64,000 bases of DNA from Vicingaceae bacterium (GCA_965284565.1 OZ260100.1:1658046-1722045), one strand, 5' to 3'; positions 19,564 through 30,087 are shown, counted from the stretch's first letter. Notes: generated by a model not told the origin, from the sequence alone. Numbers and translations are program-made.

Positions 19564-21168
19564 ATGAAACGATTTCAACTTACTACTTTCTTTTGGCTAT
19601 TTTTCACGTTAGTGTTAACAGCTCAAAATAATTTTAATTACTCTGTTCATTTAGATTCTGTGACTATTTCTAATTTACCAGGAGTACACTCTTTTGCTTA
19701 TGCTCAGCATGATGGTAAATGGCTTGTAATAGGAGGTAGACTCGATGGTATTCATGCTCGTCAGCCTTTTAATGCATTTCCTGAAAATCAAAATAATCAA
19801 AATGTTTTAGTGATAGATCCTGTTAACCAACAATATTGGTCATCAAGTGTGTCAGTGTTATCAACTAACTTAAAAGAACAACTGCAATCAACCAATATGA
19901 ATTTTTATCAAGATAATGATACCTTGTATATTATTGGAGGATATGCTTTTTCACCAACAGCAAACGATCATGTTACTTTTCCGTATTTAGCATCGGTTCA
20001 GGTTTCAGACTTAATGAATGCAGTAATTAACAATGCATCCATTACTCCATACTTTAAACAAATTACCGACACAGCTTTTGCAGTTACAGGTGGGCAAATG
20101 GGAAAAATAGGTAATGAAATTTATCTTATTGGTGGACACCGATTTGATGGAAGATACAACCCAATGAATAACCCTACTTTTGTCCAAAAATATACCAACC
20201 AAATAAGAAAGTTTGTATTTAACAACTCGGGAACTCAACTAAGTTTTTCTAATTATTCAACCATTACAGATCCCATACATTTAAGAAGAAGAGATTATAA
20301 TTTATTGCCTCAAATTTATTCTGATGGAAGTCATGGTTATACCATTTCATCAGGCGTTTTTCAGATAAACGTAGATTTGCCTTTTCTTTATCCTGTTGAT
20401 ATTACTGCTGTGGGACATACTCCTATTACTTCATTTAATCAATATTTAAGTAATTATCATGGAGCAAAAGTGGCTTTGCACGATAGTATTAATAACGAAA
20501 TGCACAATTTGTTTTTTGGAGGAATGAGTCAGTACTATTATCAGAACAATACACTTGTACAGGATAATCAGGTGCCATTTGTAAAAACCATTAGCAGAAT
20601 GAGTAGGGATTCCTCAGGTAATTTACTTGAGGTGCAATTGCCAATAGAAATGCCTGGTTATAGAGGTGCAGGGTCAGAGTTTTTTGTTAATAAAGGCTTG
20701 CCTCACCATGAATCGAAAGTGATTAAGTTAGATGCTATTCATGCAGATACTATTTTGCTGGGTTATATTTATGGCGGAATATTAAGTCCTACCATTAACC
20801 CATTTGCCAATAATGTAAGCAGTACTACTTCTGCCGATAATAAAATTTATAAAGTGTATTTAATTAAAGATGCTCCTCAAAGTGTGTATGAAATTAATGG
20901 TAAAAATCCTTATCAAGTAAACCTATATCCCAACCCTGTAGATGATGTATTGAATGTTTCTTTTGAAATGGAAAATCCTTCACCGGTAGATTATTTTGTG
21001 ACAGATAGTAAAGGAGCTATAGTGCAAGAGGGAAAAGTTAAAGTTGCCAATGCTGGAGTAACACAGCATAAAATTAAACTCAATAAAATAAGAGGAGCTC
21101 AAACCCTATTTGTTACCTTTATATTTGACGATAAGTTTTATGTGAGTAAAAAAGTAGTTAAAAATTAA
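19564..21168 (+). CDS. T9SS C-terminal sorting domain protein with Kelch-like beta-propeller repeats
   Basis: Signal peptide; repeated ...IGG... blades (VIGGRLDG, IIGGYAF, LIGGHRFDG, FFGGMSQ, IYGGIL). C-terminus LYPNPVDDVLNVSF...FYVSKKVVKN matches the Por secretion tail. Confidence 0.8.
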   Translation: MKRFQLTTFFWLFFTLVLTAQNNFNYSVHLDSVTISNLPGVHSFAYAQHDGKWLVIGGRLDGIHARQPFNAFPENQNNQNVLVIDPVNQQYWSSSVSVLSTNLKEQLQSTNMNFYQDNDTLYIIGGYAFSPTANDHVTFPYLASVQVSDLMNAVINNASITPYFKQITDTAFAVTGGQMGKIGNEIYLIGGHRFDGRYNPMNNPTFVQKYTNQIRKFVFNNSGTQLSFSNYSTITDPIHLRRRDYNLLPQIYSDGSHGYTISSGVFQINVDLPFLYPVDITAVGHTPITSFNQYLSNYHGAKVALHDSINNEMHNLFFGGMSQYYYQNNTLVQDNQVPFVKTISRMSRDSSGNLLEVQLPIEMPGYRGAGSEFFVNKGLPHHESKVIKLDAIHADTILLGYIYGGILSPTINPFANNVSSTTSADNKIYKVYLIKDAPQSVYEINGKNPYQVNLYPNPVDDVLNVSFEMENPSPVDYFVTDSKGAIVQEGKVKVANAGVTQHKIKLNKIRGAQTLFVTFIFDDKFYVSKKVVKN

Positions 21169-21289
21169 GGTTAATTTTACAGAAGAAATTTCTATTTCAA
21201 ATGATAGTTAAGTTTTAAAAGAGTTGTAAGCTGTTTAAAGACAGTGTGTAGTTCAATTTTGCATGGGCTTTAAACTTTTTAATAAATAA

Positions 21290-21319
21290 TTGTATAATTC
21301 AAACTAATTTGTAAATTTG
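21290..21319 (+). promoter_or_regulatory. Bacteroidota promoter TTG-N19-TAAATTTG for rpsP-rimM
   Basis: TTG at 21290-21292 and TAAATTTG at 21312-21319 with 19-nt spacing; 60 nt upstream of the rpsP ATG. Confidence 0.55.
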
Positions 21320-21379
21320 CAGCCCCAATTTATTTTGGGAGAACTAATTATTTATTTATCAATTTTTAAACATTAGAAA

Positions 21380-21991
21380 ATGTCTACAAAAATTAGATTA
21401 CAACGTCACGGTAAAAAAAGATATGCTTTTTTCCATGTTGTTGTAGCAGACTCAAGAGCCCCACGTGATGGGAAATTTATTGAAAAATTAGGTGTTTACA
21501 ATCCAAACACAAATCCAGCAACTATCGAAATAGATTTTGATAAAGCTTTGAACTGGATTAAAACAGGTGCACAGCCAACAGATACTTGTCGTGCATTATT
21601 GTCTTACAAAGGAGTACTTCATAAAGATCACTTAGATAGAGGTGTGTTGAAAGGAGCGATGACTCAAGAGCAAGCTGATAAAAAGTTTGAAGCTTGGATG
21701 AAAGACAAAGAAGGTAAAATTGAAGGTAAAAAAGATAGCCTTTCTAAATCTAAAGAAGAACAAGAAAAAGCTAGATTTAAAGCAGAACAAGAAGCTAAAG
21801 ATAAAAGAGCTGCTGAAATAGCTGCTAAAAATACTCCAGTAGAAGAAGCTCCTGTTGCTGAAGAAACTACTGAGGCTCCTGCTGAAGAAGTAGCTGCTGA
21901 AGTGAAAGAAGAAGCACCAGCAACTGAAGAAACTCCTGCTGCTGAGGTTAAGGAAGAAGCTCCTGCTGAAGAAGAGAAAAAAGAAGATTAA
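21380..21991 (+). CDS. rpsP: 30S ribosomal protein S16 with long acidic C-terminal extension
   Basis: N-terminus MSTKIRLQRHGKKRYAFFHVVVADSRAPRDG is canonical S16. About 110 extra K/E/A/P-rich residues. Confidence 0.95.
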   Translation: MSTKIRLQRHGKKRYAFFHVVVADSRAPRDGKFIEKLGVYNPNTNPATIEIDFDKALNWIKTGAQPTDTCRALLSYKGVLHKDHLDRGVLKGAMTQEQADKKFEAWMKDKEGKIEGKKDSLSKSKEEQEKARFKAEQEAKDKRAAEIAAKNTPVEEAPVAEETTEAPAEEVAAEVKEEAPATEETPAAEVKEEAPAEEEKKED

Positions 21992-22000
21992 TTATTATAC

Positions 22001-22540
22001 ATGAAAATAGAAGAAACCTTTTATTTAGGCTATACTTCTAAGGTGCATGGAAAGAATGGAGAATTGGTTGTAAAACTTGATGTTGATCAGCCAAATGCTT
22101 ACAAGAAATTGGAATCAGTTTTTATCCGAATAAACAAAATGGATAGTCAACTGGTTCCTTTTTTTGTTACCAAAACAGCTTTGCAAAACAATAATACTGT
22201 TGTTGTTAAATTAGATGGTGTGGAAAATGTTGATGAGGCAAAAGACCTTGTTGCTAAAGAAGTGTATTTGCCTTTAAGCATCCTTCCTGCATTAACAGGA
22301 AATAAATTTTATTTTCATGAAGTAGTAGGTTTTACTGTTGAAGATTTGCACAAAGGAAACTTAGGAACAATAAATCAAGTATTAGAGTATCCTCATCAAG
22401 CAGTATTAGAAATTATATCTTCTGAAAATAAAGAAATTCTTATTCCTGTTAGTGATGATTTTATTGTTGAGGTAAATAGAGAAAAACAACTGATTAAAAC
22501 AAATGCTCCTGAAGGGTTGATAGATATTTATTTAGAATAA
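22001..22540 (+). CDS. rimM: 16S rRNA processing protein RimM
   Basis: Position after rpsP, 179 aa, PRC-barrel-like C-terminus (ILIPVSDDFIVEVN). Confidence 0.85.
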   Translation: MKIEETFYLGYTSKVHGKNGELVVKLDVDQPNAYKKLESVFIRINKMDSQLVPFFVTKTALQNNNTVVVKLDGVENVDEAKDLVAKEVYLPLSILPALTGNKFYFHEVVGFTVEDLHKGNLGTINQVLEYPHQAVLEIISSENKEILIPVSDDFIVEVNREKQLIKTNAPEGLIDIYLE

Positions 22541-22551
22541 TAACCTTTGAG

Positions 22552-23262
22552 ATGAGTAAGGGTTTTCAATTTAAACAATTTTTTATAGAACAAGATAAGT
22601 GCGCCATGAAAGTTGGTACAGATGGTGTCTTGCTTGGGGCTTGGGCAAAAATACAGGGTGGAAGTGTATTGGATATTGGTAGCGGAACAGGGTTAATTGC
22701 TTTAATGACCGCTCAAAGGAATTCAAATGTTGTTGTGGATACTATTGATATTGAAGAAAATGCTTTTATTCAATCAACAATTAATATTGCCAATAGTAAA
22801 TGGATCGATAGCGTTTTTGCTCATCATGTAGCATTGCAAGATTATGCTCCCGATAAAAAATACGACACCATAATTTCAAATCCACCATTTTTTAATAACA
22901 CTTATAAGTCTGAAGAACAGAAAAGGAATATTGCCAGACAAAATTCACTACTTCCTTTTGAACAACTAGCTTTTCATGTTAACAGATTGCTAAAAGCGGA
23001 GGGTGTTTTTTCTGTGATTTTACCTATAGAAGAAGAGGCTTTTGTAGAAATTGCTAAAAAACACTTTTTGTACTTAAATAGAAAAGTAAATGTTTTCCCT
23101 AATACAAAAAAAGCTTGTAAACGAGTTTTGTTAGAATTTTCGAGAAAGGAAGACGAAGTAGTAGAGGGGAATTTGATTATAGAGACCGACAAAAGACACG
23201 TTTATTCTGCTGAATATGAATTATTAACAAAGGATTTTTACCTTGAATTTAAGAGGGGTTAA
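22552..23262 (+). CDS. tRNA1(Val) (adenine37-N6)-methyltransferase-like (YfiC/TrmN6 family)
   Basis: SAM motif I LDIGSGTGLIAL and motif IV IISNPPFF; N-terminus FQFKQFFIEQDKCAMKVGTDGVLLGAW is typical of this family. Confidence 0.8.
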   Translation: MSKGFQFKQFFIEQDKCAMKVGTDGVLLGAWAKIQGGSVLDIGSGTGLIALMTAQRNSNVVVDTIDIEENAFIQSTINIANSKWIDSVFAHHVALQDYAPDKKYDTIISNPPFFNNTYKSEEQKRNIARQNSLLPFEQLAFHVNRLLKAEGVFSVILPIEEEAFVEIAKKHFLYLNRKVNVFPNTKKACKRVLLEFSRKEDEVVEGNLIIETDKRHVYSAEYELLTKDFYLEFKRG

Positions 23263-23302
23263 AAAATACACTTTATACTTTTTTTACAAAGAAATTAATT
23301 CA

Positions 23303-23310
23303 TAACTTTG
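23303..23310 (+). promoter_or_regulatory. -7 box TAACTTTG for yceD-rpmF
   Basis: TAnnTTTG match 13 nt before the ATG at 23324. Confidence 0.45.
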
Positions 23311-23323
23311 TCCGCTTTCATTA

Positions 23324-23860
23324 ATGCGGATTAAAGTGAAGTTTCAAAAGGAATATACGATAGATTTTTCAGGGTTGAAACAAGGGGGGTATCAGTTTGA
23401 CTTTAATGTGGGCAAAGCGTTCTTTAGTATATTTGAAAATGAAGAGTATAACGATGCTGAATTTAAAATAAATTTAGCATTAGAGAAACAATCAACCATG
23501 ATGTTGTTAGACTTTTCCATACAAGGAAAGGTTAACGTAGATTGCGATAGATGTTTGGAGCCAGTAGATATTGAAGTGGAGTGTGAAGAGCATTTAATTG
23601 TAAAGTTTGGAGAGGAAATGTATGAAGGTACAGATGAAATAGTTATCTTGCCAGAAAGTGAACATCAAATTGATGTTTCTCCTTACATTTATGAGTTTAT
23701 TCAAATAAATATTCCTCAAAGGAGAAAGCACAAAAAAAGTGATTGTAATCCAGAGGTAATAAAAAAACTTAAAGAAATAGAAGTAAAGAATACAAAACAA
23801 AAAGAAGCAGAAATCGACCCTAGATGGGCTCAATTAATAAATTTAAAAACAGAAAACTAA
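23324..23860 (+). CDS. DUF177 (YceD-like) protein
   Basis: Conserved position immediately upstream of rpmF; CDRCLEPV metal-binding-like motif. Confidence 0.8.
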   Translation: MRIKVKFQKEYTIDFSGLKQGGYQFDFNVGKAFFSIFENEEYNDAEFKINLALEKQSTMMLLDFSIQGKVNVDCDRCLEPVDIEVECEEHLIVKFGEEMYEGTDEIVILPESEHQIDVSPYIYEFIQINIPQRRKHKKSDCNPEVIKKLKEIEVKNTKQKEAEIDPRWAQLINLKTEN

Positions 23861-23866
23861 ATAAAA

Positions 23867-24052
23867 ATGGCACATCCTAAAAGAAAAACCTCGAAAACGA
23901 GAAGAGACAAAAGAAGAACTCACTACAAAGCTGTTGCACCAACTGTTGTAAATTGTTCAAACTGTGGAGCACCAGTTCTTTATCACAGAGTTTGTGGTGA
24001 TTGTGGTTATTACAGAGGTAAGTTAGCAGTTGAGAAAACAGTAGCTATCTAA
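23867..24052 (+). CDS. rpmF: 50S ribosomal protein L32
   Basis: [20 protein letters not shown]-terminus and CxxC...CxxC zinc ribbon. Confidence 0.95.
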   Translation: MAHPKRKTSKTRRDKRRTHYKAVAPTVVNCSNCGAPVLYHRVCGDCGYYRGKLAVEKTVAI

Positions 24053-24067
24053 AAAACATTGATTAAC

Positions 24068-24106
24068 AAAACTTACTGCTATTATTTCAGTAAGTTTTTG
24101 TTTTTT
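24068..24106 (+). terminator. terminator/attenuator hairpin after rpmF
   Basis: 11-bp stem AAAACTTACTG / CAGTAAGTTTT followed by TGTTTTTT. Confidence 0.7.
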
Positions 24107-24174
24107 ATAAATCTCTTCTATTTTTGACAATCATTTTAAAAATAGAGTAACTACTTTTAAAGCAAAACAAAATT

Positions 24175-25173
24175 ATGAGTAAAATTACTGCCGCAATTAC
24201 CGCTGTTAATGGCTATGTTCCTGATTATGTTTTAACAAATAAGGAATTAGAGAAAATGGTAGAAACCACAGATGAATGGATAGTTTCTAGAACTGGGGTG
24301 AAAGAGAGGAGGATATTAAAAGGAGAAGGTAAAGGTGCATCAGTAATGGCTGCAGAAGCAGTAAAAGGATTGTGTGAAAAACGAGGTATTTCTCCAACAG
24401 AAATAGACCTTTTAATTTGTTGTACTGTTACTGCCGATCATATTTTTCCAGCAACAGCTAATATTATTACAGATAAAGTTGGAGCTACTAATGCTTTTGG
24501 TTTTGATCTTAATGCAGCTTGTTCAGGTTTTCTTTTTGGTTTAACAACAGGTTCAAAATATGTTGAATCAGGTTCTCATAAAAAAGTTGTAGTTGTAGGA
24601 GTAGATAAAATGTCTGCTTTGGTAGATTACGAAGATAGAGCAACATGTATCATCTTTGGAGATGGTTGTGGAGCAGTGTTGTTAGAACCAAATGAAGAAG
24701 GTTTTGGAGTGAAAGATTCTATTTTAAAAAGTGATGGTTCAGGATTTCAATACCTACACCAAAAAGCTGGAGGATCTGCTTACCCACCTACATTAGAAAC
24801 GGTTAAAAATAAAGATCACCATATTTTTCAAGACGGACAACCTGTATTCAAATTTGCTGTAACCAATATGGCAGATGTTTCCGCTGAAATTATGGAAAAA
24901 AATAAGTTAACTAGCGATGATGTCGCTTGGTTAGTGCCGCATCAGGCAAATAAAAGAATAATCGATGCCACAGCAAGAAGAATGGGATTAAGTGACGAAA
25001 AAGTGATGCTTAACATTCAACGTTATGGAAATACCACTTCGGGTACAATACCTTTATGTTTATGGGAATGGGAAAATCAACTTAAAAAAGGAGATAATGT
25101 AATTTTATCTGCTTTTGGAGGCGGTTTTACATGGGGAGCTATATGGATAAAATGGGCTTACGATACAAAATAA
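24175..25173 (+). CDS. fabH: beta-ketoacyl-ACP synthase III
   Basis: Active-site context LNAACSGF (Cys), HQAN (His), GNTTSGTIP (Asn); 332 aa. Confidence 0.93.
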   Translation: MSKITAAITAVNGYVPDYVLTNKELEKMVETTDEWIVSRTGVKERRILKGEGKGASVMAAEAVKGLCEKRGISPTEIDLLICCTVTADHIFPATANIITDKVGATNAFGFDLNAACSGFLFGLTTGSKYVESGSHKKVVVVGVDKMSALVDYEDRATCIIFGDGCGAVLLEPNEEGFGVKDSILKSDGSGFQYLHQKAGGSAYPPTLETVKNKDHHIFQDGQPVFKFAVTNMADVSAEIMEKNKLTSDDVAWLVPHQANKRIIDATARRMGLSDEKVMLNIQRYGNTTSGTIPLCLWEWENQLKKGDNVILSAFGGGFTWGAIWIKWAYDTK

Positions 25174-25198
25174 ATAAAATAACAAAAACAAATAAATT

Positions 25199-25702
25199 AT
25201 GAAGTCATCAGAAATTCAAGAACTAATAAAATTTGTTGCAAAATCTGGAGTTAGCGAAGTTGAAATTGAAAACAAGGATTTTAAAATTACTATAAAAACT
25301 CCTCCTTATAAAAGAGGTAATCAGCCAACTGTTGAGGTAATCAGACAAGAGGTTGTTCAACCACAACAAGCTCAGCAAGCTCCTGTAGCTGCTGCTCCTC
25401 AAGCACAACCTCAAGCTGCACCTGCTGCTCCAGCAAAAGAAGCACCAAGTGAAGATGCTAATTATGTCACTATTAAGTCTCCAATGATTGGAACTTTCTA
25501 TAGAAAACCTTCTCCAGACAAACCTAATTATGTTAGTGTTGGTGATGAGGTTAAAAACGAAACAGTAGTTTGTGTTATTGAAGCTATGAAATTGTTTAAC
25601 GAAATTGAAGCTGAAATTAACGGAAAAATTGTGAAAATTTTAGTTGATGATGGTTCTCCTGTTGAGTATGACCAACCATTGTTTTTAGTAGATCCAAGTT
25701 AA
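25199..25702 (+). CDS. accB: acetyl-CoA carboxylase biotin carboxyl carrier protein
   Basis: Biotinylation motif IEAMKLFNEIE, P/A/Q-rich linker, position before accC. Confidence 0.93.
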   Translation: MKSSEIQELIKFVAKSGVSEVEIENKDFKITIKTPPYKRGNQPTVEVIRQEVVQPQQAQQAPVAAAPQAQPQAAPAAPAKEAPSEDANYVTIKSPMIGTFYRKPSPDKPNYVSVGDEVKNETVVCVIEAMKLFNEIEAEINGKIVKILVDDGSPVEYDQPLFLVDPS

Positions 25703-25786
25703 ATTAATAATTTGATTAAGTTGTAATCTATGTAATGTTAGATTCGTTTTCAAATTTTCAAATTGTTTAATTTCCAAATTTAAATT

Positions 25787-27127
25787 ATGTTTAAAAAAAT
25801 ATTAATTGCAAATAGAGGCGAAATAGCTTTACGTGTTATCAGAACATGTAAAGAGATGGGAATTAGTACAGTTGCAGTTTATTCTACTGCAGATAAAGAT
25901 AGCTTGCATGTTAGATTTGCAGACGAAGCTGTTTGTATAGGTCCCCCACAAAGCTCATTGTCATACTTGAAGATGTCAAATATTATTGCTGCAGCAGAAA
26001 TAACAAATGCCGATGCTATACATCCTGGATATGGTTTTTTATCTGAAAACTCCAAATTCTCAAAAATTTGTCAAGAAAATGGAATAAAGTTTATTGGTGC
26101 ATCTCCAGAAATGATTGATGCTATGGGAGATAAATCGTCTGCTAAAACTACTATGATTAAAGCAGGAGTTCCTGTTGTTCCAGGTTCTGAAGGATTGTTA
26201 AAAGATTTAGCAGATGCAAAAGCTACGGCTAAAAAAATTAAATATCCTGTAATGATGAAAGCTACTGCCGGTGGAGGAGGTAAAGGTATGCGTGTAATTT
26301 GGAATGAAGAGGAAATGGAAGCTGCTTGGGATTCTGCCAGAAAAGAAGCTGCGGCTGCTTTTGGAAATGATGGAATGTACATGGAAAAATTTATTGAGGA
26401 GCCTCGTCATATTGAAATTCAAATTGCTGGAGATGGTAAAAATGCTTGTCACCTCTCAGAAAGAGATTGTTCAATCCAAAGAAGACATCAAAAATTAGTA
26501 GAAGAAACTCCTTCTCCATTTATGACAGATAAGTTGAGAGAACAAATGGGTGAGGCTGCTATAAAAGCTGCAAAAGCTGTAAAATATGAAGGCGTTGGAA
26601 CTGTTGAGTTTTTAGTTGATAAAAATAGAGATTTTTATTTCATGGAAATGAATACGCGTATTCAGGTAGAACATACTATTACCGAAGAAGTAATTAATTT
26701 TGATTTAATTAAAGAACAAATAAAACTAGCTGCAGGAGATAAAATTTCAGGCAAAAACTATTACCCGCAACTACATTCAATTCAATGTAGAATTAATGCA
26801 GAAGATCCTTTTAATGATTTTAGACCTAGTCCTGGAGTAATTAAAACATATCACTCACCAGGCGGACACGGAATTAGAATAGATACTCATGCCTATGCAA
26901 GTTATGTTATTCCTCCTTATTATGACTCCATGATTTCTAAATTAATCACAGTAGCTCAAACAAGAGAAGAGGCTATTACAAAAATGCAACGAGCTTTAGA
27001 TGAGTATATTATTGAAGGAGTGAAAACAACTATCCCTTTCCATCAGCAATTAATGCAAGATGAGAAATTTAGGAAAGGAGATTTTACTACCAAGTTTATG
27101 GAAACTTTTAAATTAAAAGATATTTAA
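25787..27127 (+). CDS. accC: acetyl-CoA carboxylase biotin carboxylase subunit
   Basis: [28 protein letters not shown]-grasp [18 protein letters not shown]. Confidence 0.96.
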   Translation: MFKKILIANRGEIALRVIRTCKEMGISTVAVYSTADKDSLHVRFADEAVCIGPPQSSLSYLKMSNIIAAAEITNADAIHPGYGFLSENSKFSKICQENGIKFIGASPEMIDAMGDKSSAKTTMIKAGVPVVPGSEGLLKDLADAKATAKKIKYPVMMKATAGGGGKGMRVIWNEEEMEAAWDSARKEAAAAFGNDGMYMEKFIEEPRHIEIQIAGDGKNACHLSERDCSIQRRHQKLVEETPSPFMTDKLREQMGEAAIKAAKAVKYEGVGTVEFLVDKNRDFYFMEMNTRIQVEHTITEEVINFDLIKEQIKLAAGDKISGKNYYPQLHSIQCRINAEDPFNDFRPSPGVIKTYHSPGGHGIRIDTHAYASYVIPPYYDSMISKLITVAQTREEAITKMQRALDEYIIEGVKTTIPFHQQLMQDEKFRKGDFTTKFMETFKLKDI

Positions 27128-27171
27128 TAAAAACTTTTTTGATAAGTTCTTCAAAATAATAAGAATAATAT

Positions 27172-27179
27172 TATATTTG
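27172..27179 (+). promoter_or_regulatory. -7 box TATATTTG for the usp gene
   Basis: TAnnTTTG match 31 nt before the ATG at 27211. Confidence 0.4.
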
Positions 27180-27210
27180 TTCGGAATAATTTCAATAAAA
27201 CTACAATTCT

Positions 27211-28050
27211 ATGGATAAAGAAATTTATAAAGTGCTTGTTCCTCATGATTTTACTGCGGTTGCAGATTGTGCAATTAGCCATGCTGCTCAAGTAGCTAAA
27301 TCTTACAATGGTGATGTTTATCTTTTACACGTTGTTTCTAAACAAAAAGAAGTTGAACCAACTAGAGAGAAGTTAAAAGAAGTTGCTTTAAAAGCTGAAA
27401 AAAAACATGGGGTTAATACGCATGTAATTGTTAGAATAGGAAGTATATTTGAAGATATTGGAGATGTTGCATCAGAGATTTCTGCTGGATATATTGTAAT
27501 GGGAACCCATGGGGCAAGAGGTATGCAGAAAATACTTGGTAGCCATGCAATTAAAGTAATTTCTCACTCTAAAGTGCCTTTTATTATTGTTCAAGAAAAA
27601 GAGCCATCAGCAACAGATACTTATGATGATATAGTTGTACCTATTGATCACGCTGATATTACTAAGCAAAAATTGAAAATTGCAGCAAGTATTGCTAAGC
27701 ATTTTAAAAGTAGAATTCACATTTTTGCCGATTCTGAATCTGATGAATTTTTAAAGAAAAAATTAAATCAAGAATTGAGTTTTGCAAAAAAATATTTTGA
27801 TGAGAAAAATTTACCTTATGAAATAGATAGAGCTGCTGAAGGAGAAGGAAACTTTAAAAAACAATTAGTAAGACATGCAGCTAAAATGGATGCTGATTTA
27901 ATTGTTATTGTAAATACGCAAGAAGGAGCTTTATTACCAGATTTCTTTGGTAGTGATGAACAAGAAGTAATTGCAAATGATGCTGAAATTCCAGTTTTAA
28001 TTACCAACCCAACTCATGAATTTGTTGCAAGTAGTGTTTTTGGAACATAA
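27211..28050 (+). CDS. universal stress protein (tandem Usp domains)
   Basis: Two Usp halves; the first has GTHGARGMQKILGSHAIKVISHSKVPFIIV (G-2x-G-9x-G[ST] ATP motif). Confidence 0.8.
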   Translation: MDKEIYKVLVPHDFTAVADCAISHAAQVAKSYNGDVYLLHVVSKQKEVEPTREKLKEVALKAEKKHGVNTHVIVRIGSIFEDIGDVASEISAGYIVMGTHGARGMQKILGSHAIKVISHSKVPFIIVQEKEPSATDTYDDIVVPIDHADITKQKLKIAASIAKHFKSRIHIFADSESDEFLKKKLNQELSFAKKYFDEKNLPYEIDRAAEGEGNFKKQLVRHAAKMDADLIVIVNTQEGALLPDFFGSDEQEVIANDAEIPVLITNPTHEFVASSVFGT

Positions 28051-28071
28051 AAAATACAATTTATAATATTT

Positions 28072-28102
28072 AAAAAGGCTGTCCAATGGGCAGCCTTTTT
28101 TT
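28072..28102 (+). terminator. rho-independent terminator after usp
   Basis: 10-bp stem AAAAAGGCTG / CAGCCTTTTT plus a T-run. Confidence 0.75.
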
Positions 28103-28107
28103 ATATC

Positions 28108-28166
28108 AGCTCCCTAAATCCCCCGAAGGGGGACTTTTCCAACCCTACAAAGTCCAATCTTTCGTC
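28108..28166 (+). repeat. GC-hairpin repeat element, copy A
   Basis: TCCCCCGAAGGGGGA hairpin followed by TTTCCAAC-N4-CAAAGTCCA-N6-CGTC. Homologous to the reverse complement of 33884-33950. Confidence 0.6.
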
Positions 28167-28254
28167 TCTACAAGTATAGTATTGGGTAGTTGCGATAGTA
28201 CTGAAGCAGTCTTTTAATCTGTAGCCAAAAACTGCTTTAGAAAAATTAAAATTG

Positions 28255-28262
28255 TATATTTG
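28255..28262 (+). promoter_or_regulatory. candidate -7 box TATATTTG upstream of the putAbiC-like gene
   Basis: TAnnTTTG match 105 nt upstream of the ATG at 28368. No clear -33 TTG. Confidence 0.3.
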
Positions 28263-28367
28263 GATGATGTTTGACAACACTTAATTGCAACTATATGAAA
28301 TACTATGCTGTAAAAATATACTTCATAACTTTTAGTTGGGTGAGTAGTTTCTTCTAAACATAATAAA

Positions 28368-29450
28368 ATGACAGACTCTGATAAAAACATAAAACTCGAT
28401 GGCTTATCAATTGCAATTTTAATAATTTCAGGAATTGTAATACTTTTTTCATTCATTTCACCAATGATTTTTGTCCAAGAATCTGTTCTAGATTTGGACT
28501 TTTCTCTAACGGGTTCAATAGGTGATACACTTGGCGGGATAATGAATCCTTTTATAGCAATTTCAGGAGTGTTTTTAACATTCCTTGCCTTCTATATTCA
28601 ATTCAAAGCAAATAGATTGCAAAGAGATTTATTTAGACAAGAACTTGATTATAATAAATTTGAAAACCAATTTTATGAAATGCTTAAACTCCACAAAGAC
28701 AATGTTAACGAAGTTCAAATAGATGATGTTAAGCTATTTACTCATATTAAACACAATGGGGAAAAAGAAATTGATAGAGTAGAAAAGACAATTAATGGAA
28801 GAAAATCATTTGAATTTTTGAAGAATGAATTTGAAATTTTGTACCACATTGCAAAGAAACATATGGCTAATGAAGAGCCTAAAAAATGGGTCAATATAGC
28901 ATATGGAATTTTCTTTCACGGTTTAAATGAATTTGATTTATCAAAGCACGACTTTTTTAAAGATTTAAGTGAAATTAAAGCACAACATAAAGATAATCAT
29001 TTTTCAAATTTACCCCAAACAATAAAAACAATTATAAATCAAGAAATAAAATTAAAAGATAATTTGAGGTTCGATTTATTCGAAGGACACTCTGCTCAAC
29101 TAGCTCATTATTATAGGCATTTGTTTCAAACTGTAAAGTTTGTTATAAATCAGGAAAATTCACTACTCTCTTATAATGAAAAACGTAAATATTTAAGAAT
29201 TTTAAGAGCTCAATTATCAAATCAAGAACAAGTAATGTTATTTTACAATTGGTTATCTGACTTTGGTAGTCAATGGAATAACGAAACTAATAAATATTTT
29301 ACAGATTATAGGATGATTCATAATATTTATCAAGATTTAATAGTTGAAGATGTGAAGCTAAATGTATTATTTGATTTTGATGAAAATTATTTGAAAGAAC
29401 AAAATAGAGTATTTGACCCTTTATTTGAGTTTCAAGATTGGGATAGGTGA
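28368..29450 (+). CDS. putative phage abortive infection protein (putAbiC-like), two N-terminal TM helices
   Basis: 360 aa. TM1, then GSIGDTLGGIMNPFIAISGVFLTFLAFYIQFKANRLQ (TM2). Soluble domain with HYYRHLFQTVKFV and LRAQLSNQEQVMLFYNWL. Assigned to Pfam putAbiC from memory of family hallmarks, not from a search. Confidence 0.6.
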   Translation: MTDSDKNIKLDGLSIAILIISGIVILFSFISPMIFVQESVLDLDFSLTGSIGDTLGGIMNPFIAISGVFLTFLAFYIQFKANRLQRDLFRQELDYNKFENQFYEMLKLHKDNVNEVQIDDVKLFTHIKHNGEKEIDRVEKTINGRKSFEFLKNEFEILYHIAKKHMANEEPKKWVNIAYGIFFHGLNEFDLSKHDFFKDLSEIKAQHKDNHFSNLPQTIKTIINQEIKLKDNLRFDLFEGHSAQLAHYYRHLFQTVKFVINQENSLLSYNEKRKYLRILRAQLSNQEQVMLFYNWLSDFGSQWNNETNKYFTDYRMIHNIYQDLIVEDVKLNVLFDFDENYLKEQNRVFDPLFEFQDWDR

Positions 29451-29580
29451 TAGGTAAAATGAATGTAGTTAGATTTTTTCTCATCTCCTCGAGCGCATTT
29501 GTAATGCGTTCCCTCACCATCCTTAGTCTGGAGAAAAGCTTGTGTGTAAGTGACTAAAGATTTTATAACAAACACCTAAA

Positions 29581-29964
29581 ATGAATATATTAAAAAGACC
29601 TTTACTTTATTTGGTATTAGCAGTACTTTGCAAAATCATTCCTTATATCATTACTTTTTTCTGTATTTTGTGGACGCAAGATAGGATTGAAGGAATGAAA
29701 TTAGGTGTAATTCCTGGACTTATTGTACCGCACCTTATTTTTGGTTTTATTTTTTTAACCGATACTAAAATTAAAAAACTGATTTATAGTGTTGTTGTGG
29801 CAACTGTAATTTATGGGATTGATTATTTTCTTCTCAAAAATAGGTTGACAATTGAAACTGGATGGGATATGTATGGTTATTGGGATTTAATGGTGATGAA
29901 TTTTATAACAGGGATTGTTATTTGGGAAATAACTTATCATATTCACAGAAAAATAAAAAAATAA
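29581..29964 (+). CDS. hypothetical 4-TM membrane protein
   Basis: 127 aa with four hydrophobic segments and no motif. Only ORF in the gap, same strand as the putAbiC-like gene. Confidence 0.45.
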   Translation: MNILKRPLLYLVLAVLCKIIPYIITFFCILWTQDRIEGMKLGVIPGLIVPHLIFGFIFLTDTKIKKLIYSVVVATVIYGIDYFLLKNRLTIETGWDMYGYWDLMVMNFITGIVIWEITYHIHRKIKK

Positions 29965-30087
29965 CCAAACTACTTGCTCATACTCATTAGTAGTGAGTTC
30001 AGGTTATAACCAAACATCAATTCTCCACACCCAAATCACCTAATCACTTTCAAAAAACATTCTACAATATCAGTATAAAAAAATATG

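Noticed and set aside
21680-21991. S16 C-terminal extension as a frameshift or gene fusion artefact
   Set aside because: It is a single uninterrupted frame directly followed by rimM with normal spacing, and extended S16 proteins are usual in this phylum.
28148-28156. AAAGTCCA string reminiscent of the RNase P RNA conserved region (GAGGAAAGTCCGGGC)
   Set aside because: Only 8 nt match. The flanking sequence lacks the P4 and other RNase P helices, and the element is only about 60 nt long.
28214-28456. 80-aa minus-strand ORF overlapping the start of the putAbiC-like gene
   Set aside because: It overlaps the first TM region of the better-supported plus-strand gene. It has no motif and no -7 box on the minus strand, so it is probably a shadow. 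It cannot be fully excluded as an antisense-encoded small protein.
29299-29520. 73-aa minus-strand ORF (…VRERITNALEEMRKN…)
   Set aside because: Its 5' part is just the GC-hairpin relic (29490-29510) read as codons, and the rest is antisense to the putAbiC-like gene. This is the typical spurious ORF generated by such repeats.
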